DNA of 64,000 nucleotides from Candidatus Latescibacterota bacterium (GTDB lineage Bacteria; Latescibacterota; UBA2968; UBA8231): NCBI GenBank assembly GCA_965248265.1, contig CBDFJF010000001.1, positions 640,001 to 704,000 of the forward strand, read 5' to 3'. Shown piece by piece: positions 40,421 to 48,945 of this stretch (position 1 is its first letter; each line of letters starts with the position of its first letter). The notes under the pieces were generated by a model. It saw only the letters and a program-made list of their open reading frames with translations, ran no database searches and was not told where the DNA came from. The position numbers and the translations under genes were made by a program.

Positions 40421-40894
40421 GTGAAAATTGAGAGACGCCCAGTGACCGAAGCAACGCTGACAAGAGCAGTACTTGACAGCAACATTTGGGATGAACTCGA
40501 GATGGATGCAGAGGCCCGAGAGCGAACCCAGTCGTTGTGCGATGCTGGCGAGCTTGAGATCTTGGTTCCAGCCACGTTACTGAGGGAACTGAACGACAGT
40601 CCATTCGACGGCGTGCCCACCTGGTTTCCTACAACGATAGTCTCCGATAGCGTCTTCGTTCTTGACCACTCTCGCCTCGATGGTACCGCGCGACTGGGAG
40701 AGGGCGAAATCTTCGCAGCTCATCGAGGCGAATCGCAAAACACAGCGGATGCGATCATTGTCGACGCTGCAGATTCAGATGCTGATGTGTTCGTGTCGGA
40801 GGACAGGCGCGCGCGCTTCCGTTACGAGAGACTTCGCGACCGTGGTCGCGCACTAGACTTTAACCGATTTCGTGCGGAAGTTCTGGGGCTTTGA
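40421..40894 (+). CDS. PIN-domain-like protein
   Basis: AVLDSNI, LREL, DAIIVDAA, VFVSEDR acidic motifs. Confidence 0.65.
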   Translation: MKIERRPVTEATLTRAVLDSNIWDELEMDAEARERTQSLCDAGELEILVPATLLRELNDSPFDGVPTWFPTTIVSDSVFVLDHSRLDGTARLGEGEIFAAHRGESQNTADAIIVDAADSDADVFVSEDRRARFRYERLRDRGRALDFNRFRAEVLGL

Positions 40895-40928
40895 GCGGAC
40901 TACGTGCAGCAGCGCGGTTAAGGTTGAA

Positions 40929-40959
40929 ACGACCCGCGGATTTCCAGTCTGCGGGCACA
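40929..40959. repeat. 31-bp two-arm site (CGC/GCG variant)
   Basis: ACGACCCGCGGA-TTTCCAG-TCTGCGGGCACA. Confidence 0.6.
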
Positions 40960-41145
40960 GGATGGGTGTTCCCAGATCGTGTACGCGAATCCGCACATAG
41001 GGCAGAGTAAGCCATGAAGGTGAGGCTCACCTGTACACTCCAGATAGACGCACGCTTTCAAGTCAAGTAATCCGGTCATTGTGATGAAGATGGGGCAACC
41101 GCTGCCGCCAAGTTACCCGTAAGACATTAACTGGTCGCCACTGCT

Positions 41146-41907
41146 CTATTCGAGTCCAGTGGACGTGAAGCGACAGGCGCGGTCGAACGAGATTCGCAGC
41201 CGCGGGGCTGCTTCGTAGGGCCAGGGATCGTGGGACATCGGTATGTAGTGGCTGACGAAACTGTGTCTGAAGGATCCGGGCTCCAAGATCGGGCCGCCGC
41301 GGTGGATGAGGCGGCGGTGGAAGAAAATCAAATCACCTTTCTCAGCTTCCAGCGCAACCTCGGGCATGCCGTTCTGCCTGACAAACTCGTCGAAGACGTC
41401 CTCGTGATCCCGTCCTTGCCAGCGTCCGGGCTTGCCGTTTTCGTCCACTCTGAAGTCCTTCTTGTCGGCCGCCGGCCCTTTGTGCGACCCCACCTGGACC
41501 TGCAAGGTGCCGTTGTCGGCGTTGACGTCAACGAGGGCACTCCAGGCGCCGATGCAACCCGGCAGATGATACTCGTCCTGATGCCAGCGCTGTTCCGTTC
41601 CCTTGAAATTGTACATCCCCTGAATGCATTCAGGTTCTCCTCCCAGAAGCGTGGTCAGCGGCTCCCTGAGGCGCGCGTCGACCATCCACTGAAGGGCGTA
41701 GGGTTCTAGATGGGAGCGATAGATAACGCGCTCCCAATCGTCGGCGTCGCGAGGATCGTAGTGGAGCACCTGTTTTCGGCCGGCCTGCAGGTCAAGCATG
41801 TAGTCGACGAATTCATCACACTCGTCGGCACTCCACGCTCCCCTGACGACGGTATAGCCGTCGCGCCCGAACTCCTCGATGTGTGCCGGCATCAACTGCA
41901 AGGCCAT
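41146..41907 (-). CDS. Phytanoyl-CoA dioxygenase family protein
   Basis: WHQD, NGTLQVQVGSHK, GDLIFFH..LIH.G. Confidence 0.9.
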   Translation of the reverse strand: MALQLMPAHIEEFGRDGYTVVRGAWSADECDEFVDYMLDLQAGRKQVLHYDPRDADDWERVIYRSHLEPYALQWMVDARLREPLTTLLGGEPECIQGMYNFKGTEQRWHQDEYHLPGCIGAWSALVDVNADNGTLQVQVGSHKGPAADKKDFRVDENGKPGRWQGRDHEDVFDEFVRQNGMPEVALEAEKGDLIFFHRRLIHRGGPILEPGSFRHSFVSHYIPMSHDPWPYEAAPRLRISFDRACRFTSTGLE

Positions 41908-42218
41908 GGCAATCTTCTCGTTCCTTCTCGTTCGGAACAGTTCGTACAAGAGTATAGGGCAGAGCGTCTGTCAGCAGCGATCCCAGATTTCCCGCACGAG
42001 GGCCATCATCTGTTGCGCCTCGGCCCAGCGACCGGATAGCTCCTTGCCGTCGGGACCGAGTATGGCATACCACATCTCCATGTTGGTGATCTCGAGCTTG
42101 CGCTGTCGGATCTGGGTCACGGTTCTTCGCCTTACGCCACTGTAGATCGCTCAGAAGTAGAGATACAAGTAGAGCGGGTGGCAATCCTCTTCGTTGGCCG
42201 CTCTACCTCCGGCCCCTG

Positions 42219-42249
42219 GCGACCATCGTTTTGATGGTCCGATGCTCGG
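42219..42249. repeat. 31-bp two-arm site
   Basis: GCGACCATCGTT-TTGATGG-TCCGATGCTCGG. Confidence 0.88.
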
Positions 42250-42260
42250 TAACGGATGAC

Positions 42261-43055
42261 TCACTCCGCTACGTGTGCTGTCGGACCTGGTGAGTCACCG
42301 CGCAATTGTGCCGCAATCTGTTCGATTCCGCTTCCGTTCAATGCTTCGCGCTTCTGCCGGCCCACCCTGGCCATGAGCTCCGCATCCACGACGATTGGCG
42401 CCCCCTCGCGTACCGCTACGCAAAGCCCATCACTTGGCCGGCAGTCTATTTGATGCTCTGCACCATCGCTCTCGACCGCCAGCTCTGCGTAGAACGTCTC
42501 GTCTCGACAATCCGTGATCCGCAGTTCCGTCGGTTTGGTCTGCATCTGCCTGAGCATATCGGCCATGAAATCGTGCGTCAGGGGCCGTTCGTATGCGATG
42601 TCCTCGATGCCCTGGACAAGGGCGTGCGCTTCTGTGGCTTGGATGAAGATTGGCATCAGATGATCGCCTTGCACTTCTTCGAGCAACACCACAAAACCAG
42701 GCACTTCGTGCTCCCCAAACTTTAGGGTGCGCTCTTGGACATCGCCGATTGACAAGCTCACCCACTCTGGCCTGTCCAATGACTCATCTGGAACGGTGGT
42801 AGCGCTTCGAACGGCTACCTCAAGTTTCTGCCAGTTCTCGAAGCCGTGTTCTTTGGCAATCACCATCTGAGCGTCCAGTAACGAAAACCGCGCACGGAGA
42901 ACCTCCGCATCGGACGCACCAGATAGCTTCGGTAGGACGTCTCTCAGACGCGAAACGGTTCCGTGATCGCCGGACCTGTGGGCTTTCAGAAGGGACTTGG
43001 CCTGCTTCTTGAGCTGCTCAAGATTCGGCCGTGGAGGTAGTGATTGAGAAGACAT
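42261..43055 (-). CDS. Bifunctional nuclease (DUF151) with N-terminal helical domain
   Basis: LPPRPNLEQLKKQAK...DAQMVIAKEHGFENW N-domain; MPIFI, RPLTHD, TFYAEL, DCRPSD. Confidence 0.88.
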   Translation of the reverse strand: MSSQSLPPRPNLEQLKKQAKSLLKAHRSGDHGTVSRLRDVLPKLSGASDAEVLRARFSLLDAQMVIAKEHGFENWQKLEVAVRSATTVPDESLDRPEWVSLSIGDVQERTLKFGEHEVPGFVVLLEEVQGDHLMPIFIQATEAHALVQGIEDIAYERPLTHDFMADMLRQMQTKPTELRITDCRDETFYAELAVESDGAEHQIDCRPSDGLCVAVREGAPIVVDAELMARVGRQKREALNGSGIEQIAAQLRGDSPGPTAHVAE

Positions 43056-43175
43056 ACGACACCCCTTTCCGCAAGCCTGGCGTCCGCGTCAAACAGGCAA
43101 AAAAGGGGTTGATTGATACCGAGGTGGGAGATGGGCTTGGCCCTTTCGCGGACTTGGGGGCTCACTCCCGAGCAC
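43056..43175 (-). ncRNA. Candidate structured 5' leader RNA
   Basis: Three perfect helices (7, 6 and 8 bp), one covering the Shine-Dalgarno. Confidence 0.5.
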
Positions 43176-43183
43176 TGATACCG

Positions 43184-43212
43184 AAGATACAGTGCGAGAT
43201 AGGCCATTTCAA
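43184..43212 (-). promoter_or_regulatory. sigma70-type promoter
   Basis: TTGAAA-N17-TATCTT on the minus strand, TG before the -10. Confidence 0.55.
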
Positions 43213-43326
43213 GTAGAGAGACCCGGACGGACGCCTGGGCACTTTTTTTCATTGAGATTGTAGCTGAGCGTTATGTACTCCTACGCTCGAGCATTCTATG
43301 GATGAGTGCACTCAGCAAGCAACATC

Positions 43327-45225
43327 ATGAGAACTGATCGACAACTCGTAGAGGCGTGCCTGGCTGGGGAGACCCAGGCCTTCGCTGCCCTCGTGGACCG
43401 CTATCGCTATCCGGTGTACGGGCTGTGTGTAGGCTTCACGAAGGATTTCGACGCTGCAGAGGACGCGGCGCAAGAGGCCTTCATCGCATCCTACCTCAAA
43501 CTCGGCAACCTGCATGAGCCGGATGGTTTCGGCCCCTGGGTCAAGCGCATCGCCATCAACCAGTGCAGGATGTGGCGACGACGGCAAAGACGGTTGGTGC
43601 CCCTGACACCGGAGCAGGAAGCTGTGTTGGCCGACCCGGCACGGTCGCCAGAGGATAGCATCATCCGTCGGGAGCAACGGCAGCAGGTCTTGGGGGCTAT
43701 CGCCGGGTTGAGCGAGGCCCAGCAGCAAGCGGTCGTGCTCTTCTACCTGAAGGAGCTGACTCTCCAGCAGATCGCCGACTTCCTCGAAGTGGAACCGCAG
43801 ACGGTGGAGCAGCGGCTCTACCGAGCACGTAGAAAGCTGAAAGAGAGGAGACTGGACATGGTGGCAGCAACGTTGGAAGGCACGCAGTTGCCGGAGGATT
43901 TCACGGACCAAGTCGTAGCCGAAGCGGTATCCAAGGGTGAGCAGTTGCTATCAGAGAAGGACTGGGCAGCGGCAAAAACGATGTTCAGCCGGGTTACAGA
44001 GGCACTGCCCGATCACGCGCAGGCACACCGCGGACTCGGCCTTGCCCTTGATGGCTCAGTCAAAGCGGCCCTGCGGGAACCAAAGGTGTTCGGGAACGGT
44101 GAATTGGTGCAGGAAACCTTTGCTGCACTCGAGCGCGCCTACCATCTGGGTACGGCGGACGATAAAGTCGTCAACGCCTTAAGTGGACTATACCAGAGGT
44201 TCGGACGCCACCGTGAAGGCGGTGAGTTCTTGGAGGCCGAGGCAGCCCGACGAACCGACTGGTACGAGCAGATCCGTCTGCTCGGACGGGCGATCGGGCT
44301 TTTCTACCACGCGTACTACAAGGACGACTCGTCGAACATGGAGAGTTGCGTGCGCTGCCACCGGCGCATGCGCGCGCTGGTTCCGGCGGATATGGAGCCG
44401 CGACGCAAACTGAGCGCCTGGACGCCGGGCGGTATGTCTCTGGCGTACGCGCACATGGGCTTGTCCCAGGAGGTCTTCGACGAGCTGGAGGCACTCCGGG
44501 ATGCCATCGCCGGTGAGTGGTCAGTGTACGACCACTTCTGCTATACCTTGGCTTACAGCAACCAGCATCGCGAGACGAAGCAGTGGGCCGCCTGTGTGGC
44601 CCAGGGGCGTGAGTTCGTAGACTGGGCGAAGGGGATTCCATCGGACGATCGGCGGATGTTCTTGGAGGCCTTGCAGCTCGACGGCAGGACGGACACGCCG
44701 GAGAGACACAAGGTAGGCGAGTGGGTCCGCTGGTGGACGATTCTCTACACCCTCCACGAGATGATCAAGGCCGAGGTCCAGGCTGGCAGCGACACTGGGA
44801 CGACCTTTGCCGATGTCGAGCTGGCGCTCGAACGTCACGAGCAGCATGTGGGGAGCGCCGACGACAACGAGTCAGTTGAGCAGAGCCAGGAACGTCTTGC
44901 CGGCAACTACCTGATCGGTGGCTCAGCGGCGTACGGGTCTGGGCGCTATGCCAAGGCGGTCGAGTGGTTTGAGCGAGCACAGGAGCTGTTGGGCACACTG
45001 GGTGCGGGACCTGAACCGCTGTATGCCGCGGCCTCGCTAGTCAGTCTCGGGGAGGTTGATGCGGCGAAAGACTATCTGCAGAAGATGGACAACCGCCGGA
45101 TCACGATCGGAATTGGGAGGGCGGAGTTCGAGGCCTGCCGCGAGCTCGACGCTGTGCGCAACGACCCCGACATCATCGCCCTAGTGGAGTCATGGAAGCG
45201 GGCAGAGACCCTAGCCGCTTCGTGA
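43327..45225 (+). CDS. ECF sigma factor with C-terminal TPR-like extension
   Basis: AEDAAQEAFIASY, TVEQRLYRARRKL; homologous to 30181-31995. Confidence 0.9.
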   Translation: MRTDRQLVEACLAGETQAFAALVDRYRYPVYGLCVGFTKDFDAAEDAAQEAFIASYLKLGNLHEPDGFGPWVKRIAINQCRMWRRRQRRLVPLTPEQEAVLADPARSPEDSIIRREQRQQVLGAIAGLSEAQQQAVVLFYLKELTLQQIADFLEVEPQTVEQRLYRARRKLKERRLDMVAATLEGTQLPEDFTDQVVAEAVSKGEQLLSEKDWAAAKTMFSRVTEALPDHAQAHRGLGLALDGSVKAALREPKVFGNGELVQETFAALERAYHLGTADDKVVNALSGLYQRFGRHREGGEFLEAEAARRTDWYEQIRLLGRAIGLFYHAYYKDDSSNMESCVRCHRRMRALVPADMEPRRKLSAWTPGGMSLAYAHMGLSQEVFDELEALRDAIAGEWSVYDHFCYTLAYSNQHRETKQWAACVAQGREFVDWAKGIPSDDRRMFLEALQLDGRTDTPERHKVGEWVRWWTILYTLHEMIKAEVQAGSDTGTTFADVELALERHEQHVGSADDNESVEQSQERLAGNYLIGGSAAYGSGRYAKAVEWFERAQELLGTLGAGPEPLYAAASLVSLGEVDAAKDYLQKMDNRRITIGIGRAEFEACRELDAVRNDPDIIALVESWKRAETLAAS

Positions 45226-45260
45226 AGCAAACGTCTATCACCGGAGCGGCCGCGGTCCGC

Positions 45261-45322
45261 CAGCGAGAATCAGTCAAACGTGTGATGCTCGGCGGGAATC
45301 AGAGTGATATTACGACGATCTC
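45261..45322. repeat. Four-arm recombinase-proximal site A
   Basis: GAATCAGTCAAACGTGTGATGCTCG (ATC-N12-GAT) abutting GCGGGAATCAGA-GTGATAT-TACGACGATCTC. Confidence 0.8.
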
Positions 45323-45672
45323 GAGAGACGCCGCTGTGCTACGTCGAGTCCCTGCAGCATCTCCTCTACCAAGGCTTTGTGGTGTAGGATTATCTGACGG
45401 ACATATTCGAGCTCGTCGGACGATCTCGCGTAGTGCAGCTTGAAGTCAGCCGGGTTCCAGAAACTCACCCAGCGTTCTTCGGCGCTTGTGAAGTAGACTG
45501 GTTCGCCGCTAGCCAGATATCGCGCCGCCATCTCGAATATGTCTCCTGGGTCACCCAGGTCACCAGGAGCCTCATCGACCTCGAGGGCTTCGTTCACTCC
45601 AAGGGACCGCAACCGTTCCAGAAGCTGTTGGGATTCTTCCTCCATGGGCTCGTAGGGATATAGCCGTTCCAT
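45310..45672 (-). CDS. Winged-helix + coiled-coil-like protein
   Basis: LASGEPVYF...HYARSSDEL; similar to the N-terminus of 46635-47480; RBS AGGAG. Confidence 0.6.
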   Translation of the reverse strand: MERLYPYEPMEEESQQLLERLRSLGVNEALEVDEAPGDLGDPGDIFEMAARYLASGEPVYFTSAEERWVSFWNPADFKLHYARSSDELEYVRQIILHHKALVEEMLQGLDVAQRRLSRSS

Positions 45673-45699
45673 GAGTTTTTCTCCTGTCGTGTCGTGTGG

Positions 45700-46638
45700 T
45701 TAGGTGAGAGTACCGGCATCGAGGCTCCTGATCGCCTCCACAAGCTGCTGAGGGCGCGCCTTCGCGTATCTCAGAGCCATCTCCATCGATCTATGTCCCA
45801 TCAGCTCCATGATCCGATCGAGCGGCACACCCCTGTCCCTGAGCCTTGTAGCGAAGGTGTGGCGAAGCTGATGGAGGTGGACGTGCCCGACCTGCGACCT
45901 CATTCCAGCGCTGTGCAGCGACCTCTTAATGTCGCCGAATCGAATCACTGGCTGATCATGCATCGCCAAGGCCGGCTTTAGCTGTGCCAGCAGCGACCAG
46001 ACTCGATCCGTCATCGGGATCACGCGATAGTCCTTGTTCTTCGACTGCCGCACAGTCACCGTACCAGCCTCGAAATCGACATCACGCCAGATCAATCGTT
46101 GGATTTCCGAGCGTCTCATACCCGTGTCGGCTGCCATGATGACCACCTGTCTGGTGCGCTCCGGGCATGCTTCGATCAGCGATTCCAGCTCAGCGTCGCT
46201 GAGGGCGTCTGGTACCGTGCTCTGCTCCTTCAGCATCGTGACTCTGGATGTGGGGTCATCGGTGATGTAGTCCCAATTGCGCGCCGTTTTGAACAACGTT
46301 TTCAACGTCGCCAGGTAGCGGTTGGTTGTGGACGCGGTGACCCCGTCGAGGTTCCGCCGGCGGGTCAGATACCGATCGATCTGGCGGGTGGTGATGGATT
46401 CCAGGGGTAGGTCGCCAAACTCGTCATCCAGCTTCCGGAGCATGCCTGACAGACCTCGCCAGGTGTTGGGGCTCCAGCCGCCGAAATCCGTACGGAATTC
46501 GGCGAGAAACTGGCCGAAGGTGCAGCTCGTATCGCTGTCTGTAGCTGGGTTACACTGCCTATGCCCCTTTGCGGTCGCGGTCGTGGACCGTGCGCGCAAG
46601 TTCAAAGACCTCTGCAGTGTGTCGGTCATCTTGCTCAA
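45700..46638 (-). CDS. Tyrosine recombinase (SAM-like + catalytic domains)
   Basis: TGMRRSE, QSKNK, HQLRHTFA, LMGH, LRY: full R-K-H-R-H-Y set. Confidence 0.95.
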   Translation of the reverse strand: MSKMTDTLQRSLNLRARSTTATAKGHRQCNPATDSDTSCTFGQFLAEFRTDFGGWSPNTWRGLSGMLRKLDDEFGDLPLESITTRQIDRYLTRRRNLDGVTASTTNRYLATLKTLFKTARNWDYITDDPTSRVTMLKEQSTVPDALSDAELESLIEACPERTRQVVIMAADTGMRRSEIQRLIWRDVDFEAGTVTVRQSKNKDYRVIPMTDRVWSLLAQLKPALAMHDQPVIRFGDIKRSLHSAGMRSQVGHVHLHQLRHTFATRLRDRGVPLDRIMELMGHRSMEMALRYAKARPQQLVEAIRSLDAGTLT

Positions 46639-47480
46639 CTGCTCAATCCACCTCCCACGGCATCGGTCTTCTCATGGGAGTCGACCCGAGACACATCACC
46701 AAGTCCCTTCCAAAGGACACGCCGCAGCGAGTCGAGTTCGGAGGTAGCCGGCAACGATTCGACTTGCCGGCCATGGGTCACAAAGGGGCCTCCGCATTCG
46801 GCAGGCAGATCGATCTCTATGGACTCGCCTCCTCCCGGCTGGTTGAGATGGACGCGAGCGTCACTGGTAGACCGTATTGGCAGCACAATGCTGGGCTGCA
46901 ATTCGAATGGCTCGAACCAGGCCAGCTGATGCGCCAGTTCGCTCAGCTCCCAACTGTCGAAGCACTGGTCGAGGAGTTCGATTTCGCTTGAGCTGCCATT
47001 CTCGACATTGATACCAGGAAACCCCCGATATGTGCACGTGCGTTTCTCACCACCGCGGGTGAAGTGCAGCAGGATCGTGCCAGAGTCTTTGAGCCCGAGT
47101 GCATACAGCGTGTGGAGCGTTGGAGCATCAGGCAGTTCAGGCTCTGGATAAAAACTCGCCTGAGCGTTCTCGATACCGGACTGAAGATCACTCATCAGCT
47201 CCGCTTCCTTGCGGACAGCTGCCCGGAGGTCGTACAGCTCCTCCGGCGTGCTGGCATTCCGGTACGTCAAGGGGCCCTCGAGCGCTCCCAGCCCTGATTC
47301 GACCTCGTTCTCGAAGTAAACCGGTACTCCTGAAGCCATGAGGTCGGTCACCATTGAGAATACCTCCTCGCGGTCGAGGCACAGCGATAGCTCGAGCTCT
47401 GCCGACTCCACTGGGCCGTTAGCAGCCTTGAGTATCTCGATTGCTGCTTGCTGATCGGGTTCAAGGTAGATGGGTGTCAT
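46635..47480 (-). CDS. Winged-helix-like protein with uncharacterised C-terminal domain
   Basis: LMASGVPVYF...YRNASTPEEL; RBS AGGAGG; stop overlaps the recombinase start. Confidence 0.6.
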   Translation of the reverse strand: MTPIYLEPDQQAAIEILKAANGPVESAELELSLCLDREEVFSMVTDLMASGVPVYFENEVESGLGALEGPLTYRNASTPEELYDLRAAVRKEAELMSDLQSGIENAQASFYPEPELPDAPTLHTLYALGLKDSGTILLHFTRGGEKRTCTYRGFPGINVENGSSSEIELLDQCFDSWELSELAHQLAWFEPFELQPSIVLPIRSTSDARVHLNQPGGGESIEIDLPAECGGPFVTHGRQVESLPATSELDSLRRVLWKGLGDVSRVDSHEKTDAVGGGLSS

Positions 47481-47624
47481 CGCGGGACCTCCTCTGTGGT
47501 TGAGAGCTGGGGCTCTGTAATGCCCGATGTCGCTCGACGGGCGTTCTTGAGGCCCAAAAGTGACTGTGATCTGTCGATCTGATCTCTTCATCAGGGCAGA
47601 TTCAGGGGCACTCGGCTTGAGTGT

Positions 47625-48137
47625 TCAATTGCTGAACGGCAACTTTGTACATCCCACAGACACGCCGAAGACCTCGAATGGATTGTGCCAGTCGTCGTCG
47701 AGGTCGAAGGTTCCTTGGCATTGGTCTCTGGCTCTGCGCTGAAGTCGCTCGAAAGCAGGGTCCTCGGCTCGTGCGACTATGTGCCGATCGCCAAACTTAT
47801 CGTGGCGAGTCAGATACCGAAGAAGCTCGAGGATCTCTGACCGAGTGAAGAGGAAGTCAATTGTGTCTTCGGCGAACATTTTCTCGTCGCCGTCCAACTG
47901 GTCGTACTCTGGGATCAGCAGGCGATACATGTTCACCGTGTGTTTACGTCCAAGTCCGTACCAGATGAGGATCTCGCTCGCCGAGGGTCCAGTGGAAATT
48001 GAGTAGACTCCAAAGAGATCGCTTTTCACTTGATCGATGCTTTCAATGATCCTGAACAGCTTGTACAGAACGACGCAATCAGACCTCCCAGCATATTGGT
48101 GTGCCGGCGCAGCTTCTCCCGACTCGGATGACCTCAT
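47625..48137 (-). CDS. Hypothetical protein
   Basis: 170-aa ORF co-oriented with its neighbours. Confidence 0.55.
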   Translation of the reverse strand: MRSSESGEAAPAHQYAGRSDCVVLYKLFRIIESIDQVKSDLFGVYSISTGPSASEILIWYGLGRKHTVNMYRLLIPEYDQLDGDEKMFAEDTIDFLFTRSEILELLRYLTRHDKFGDRHIVARAEDPAFERLQRRARDQCQGTFDLDDDWHNPFEVFGVSVGCTKLPFSN

Positions 48138-48150
48138 GGCTCAACGAATG

Positions 48151-48588
48151 TCATCGCCTTGCCCCTTTTGAGGCCGAGGTGCCGTTGAGGACTTTCTGGA
48201 ATGCCCCACCTTGCGCTACTGGATCCGCAAGGCTCAACAAGCGCCGAAGCCGACCCTCCGTAAGCAGAGAGATCCGCTCGTCATCGTCGTTAATGCCGAG
48301 GGCCTCCGTTTGGATGTCCTGCGGTAAACCGAGGAGGCGCAGATAATTGGCGATGGTGCTGCGTGGAGTACCGATCAAGCGAGCTAGTTCGGCCTGCGAA
48401 TCGGCCTGTCCAGATTCCAGAAGATCCTGGTAGTGCAGGGCTTGTTTGAGGGCGTTCGAATGTCTCTCTAACTTGAGGCGGCCAGGTTTTCGGTCTTTTC
48501 GACCTATCTGGATGTAGGGAGTGGTTCTCCTATGCCCTTGAAAAACATGAAACTTATCCCACACCAGCCCAAAGTTCGATGAATCCAA
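48151..48588 (-). CDS. ParB/KorB-type HTH domain; probable detached C-terminus of the LSR
   Basis: LLESGQADSQAELARLIGTPRSTIANYLRLL; TTG start 6 nt from the att core, no obvious RBS. Confidence 0.7.
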   Translation of the reverse strand: MDSSNFGLVWDKFHVFQGHRRTTPYIQIGRKDRKPGRLKLERHSNALKQALHYQDLLESGQADSQAELARLIGTPRSTIANYLRLLGLPQDIQTEALGINDDDERISLLTEGRLRRLLSLADPVAQGGAFQKVLNGTSASKGARR

Positions 48589-48945
48589 CGTTTGGGCTAC
48601 CAGATGTTACGTCTCGCTGAACCCTTGACACATCGTGGTCGAGGAGGGCGAGGCGGATTTGATCGGGGGTCCAGACGAGGTGGTTGATACGGAGGCGCAC
48701 CAGTTCCCTCCGCTCCTCTGGAAGGGCTTCCCGGTAGAGATCACCAAAGGTCGTCAGCGACTCGGTCATGGACTGGGCGCTGACGGCCTTTTCTTTTGCT
48801 GCCTCGATCTCCATGTCCAGGGACAGGATCTCATCATCGAGCTGCTCGGCCTGCTCCTCCAGCTCGTATATTTTTTTGCTGACGGATTTCATGCTCTTAC
48901 GGCGCCCCGCAAGCCCCTCTACGAGGGCGTCGATCTGGTCCTGCG
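48554..48945 (-). pseudogene. Second large serine recombinase, C-terminal remnant
   Basis: KAVSAQSMTESLTTFGDLYREALPEERREL nearly identical to LSR1; cut upstream at about 48945. Confidence 0.85.
48571..48630. repeat. att junction between island 1 and island 2
   Basis: GGGCTACCA core; right flank homologous to 6539-6567 (TGTT.CG.CTC...GAAC...TGACAC). Confidence 0.85.

Larger units (their letters stand above)
6530..48602. mobile_element. Genomic island 1 integrated at the tRNA-Glu 3' end (~42 kb)
   Basis: Direct repeat GGGCTACCA at 6530-6538 and 48594-48602; inward arms are near-inverted copies (AAGTTCGATGAGTCGCAAC vs AAGTTCGATGAATCCAAC); LSR remnant at the left end. Confidence 0.82.

Noticed and set aside
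45700-46638. Tyrosine recombinase as an integron integrase (IntI) serving the attC sites
   Set aside because: No IntI-specific insertion is visible before the HxLRH motif, and it lies more than 21 kb from the attC cluster.
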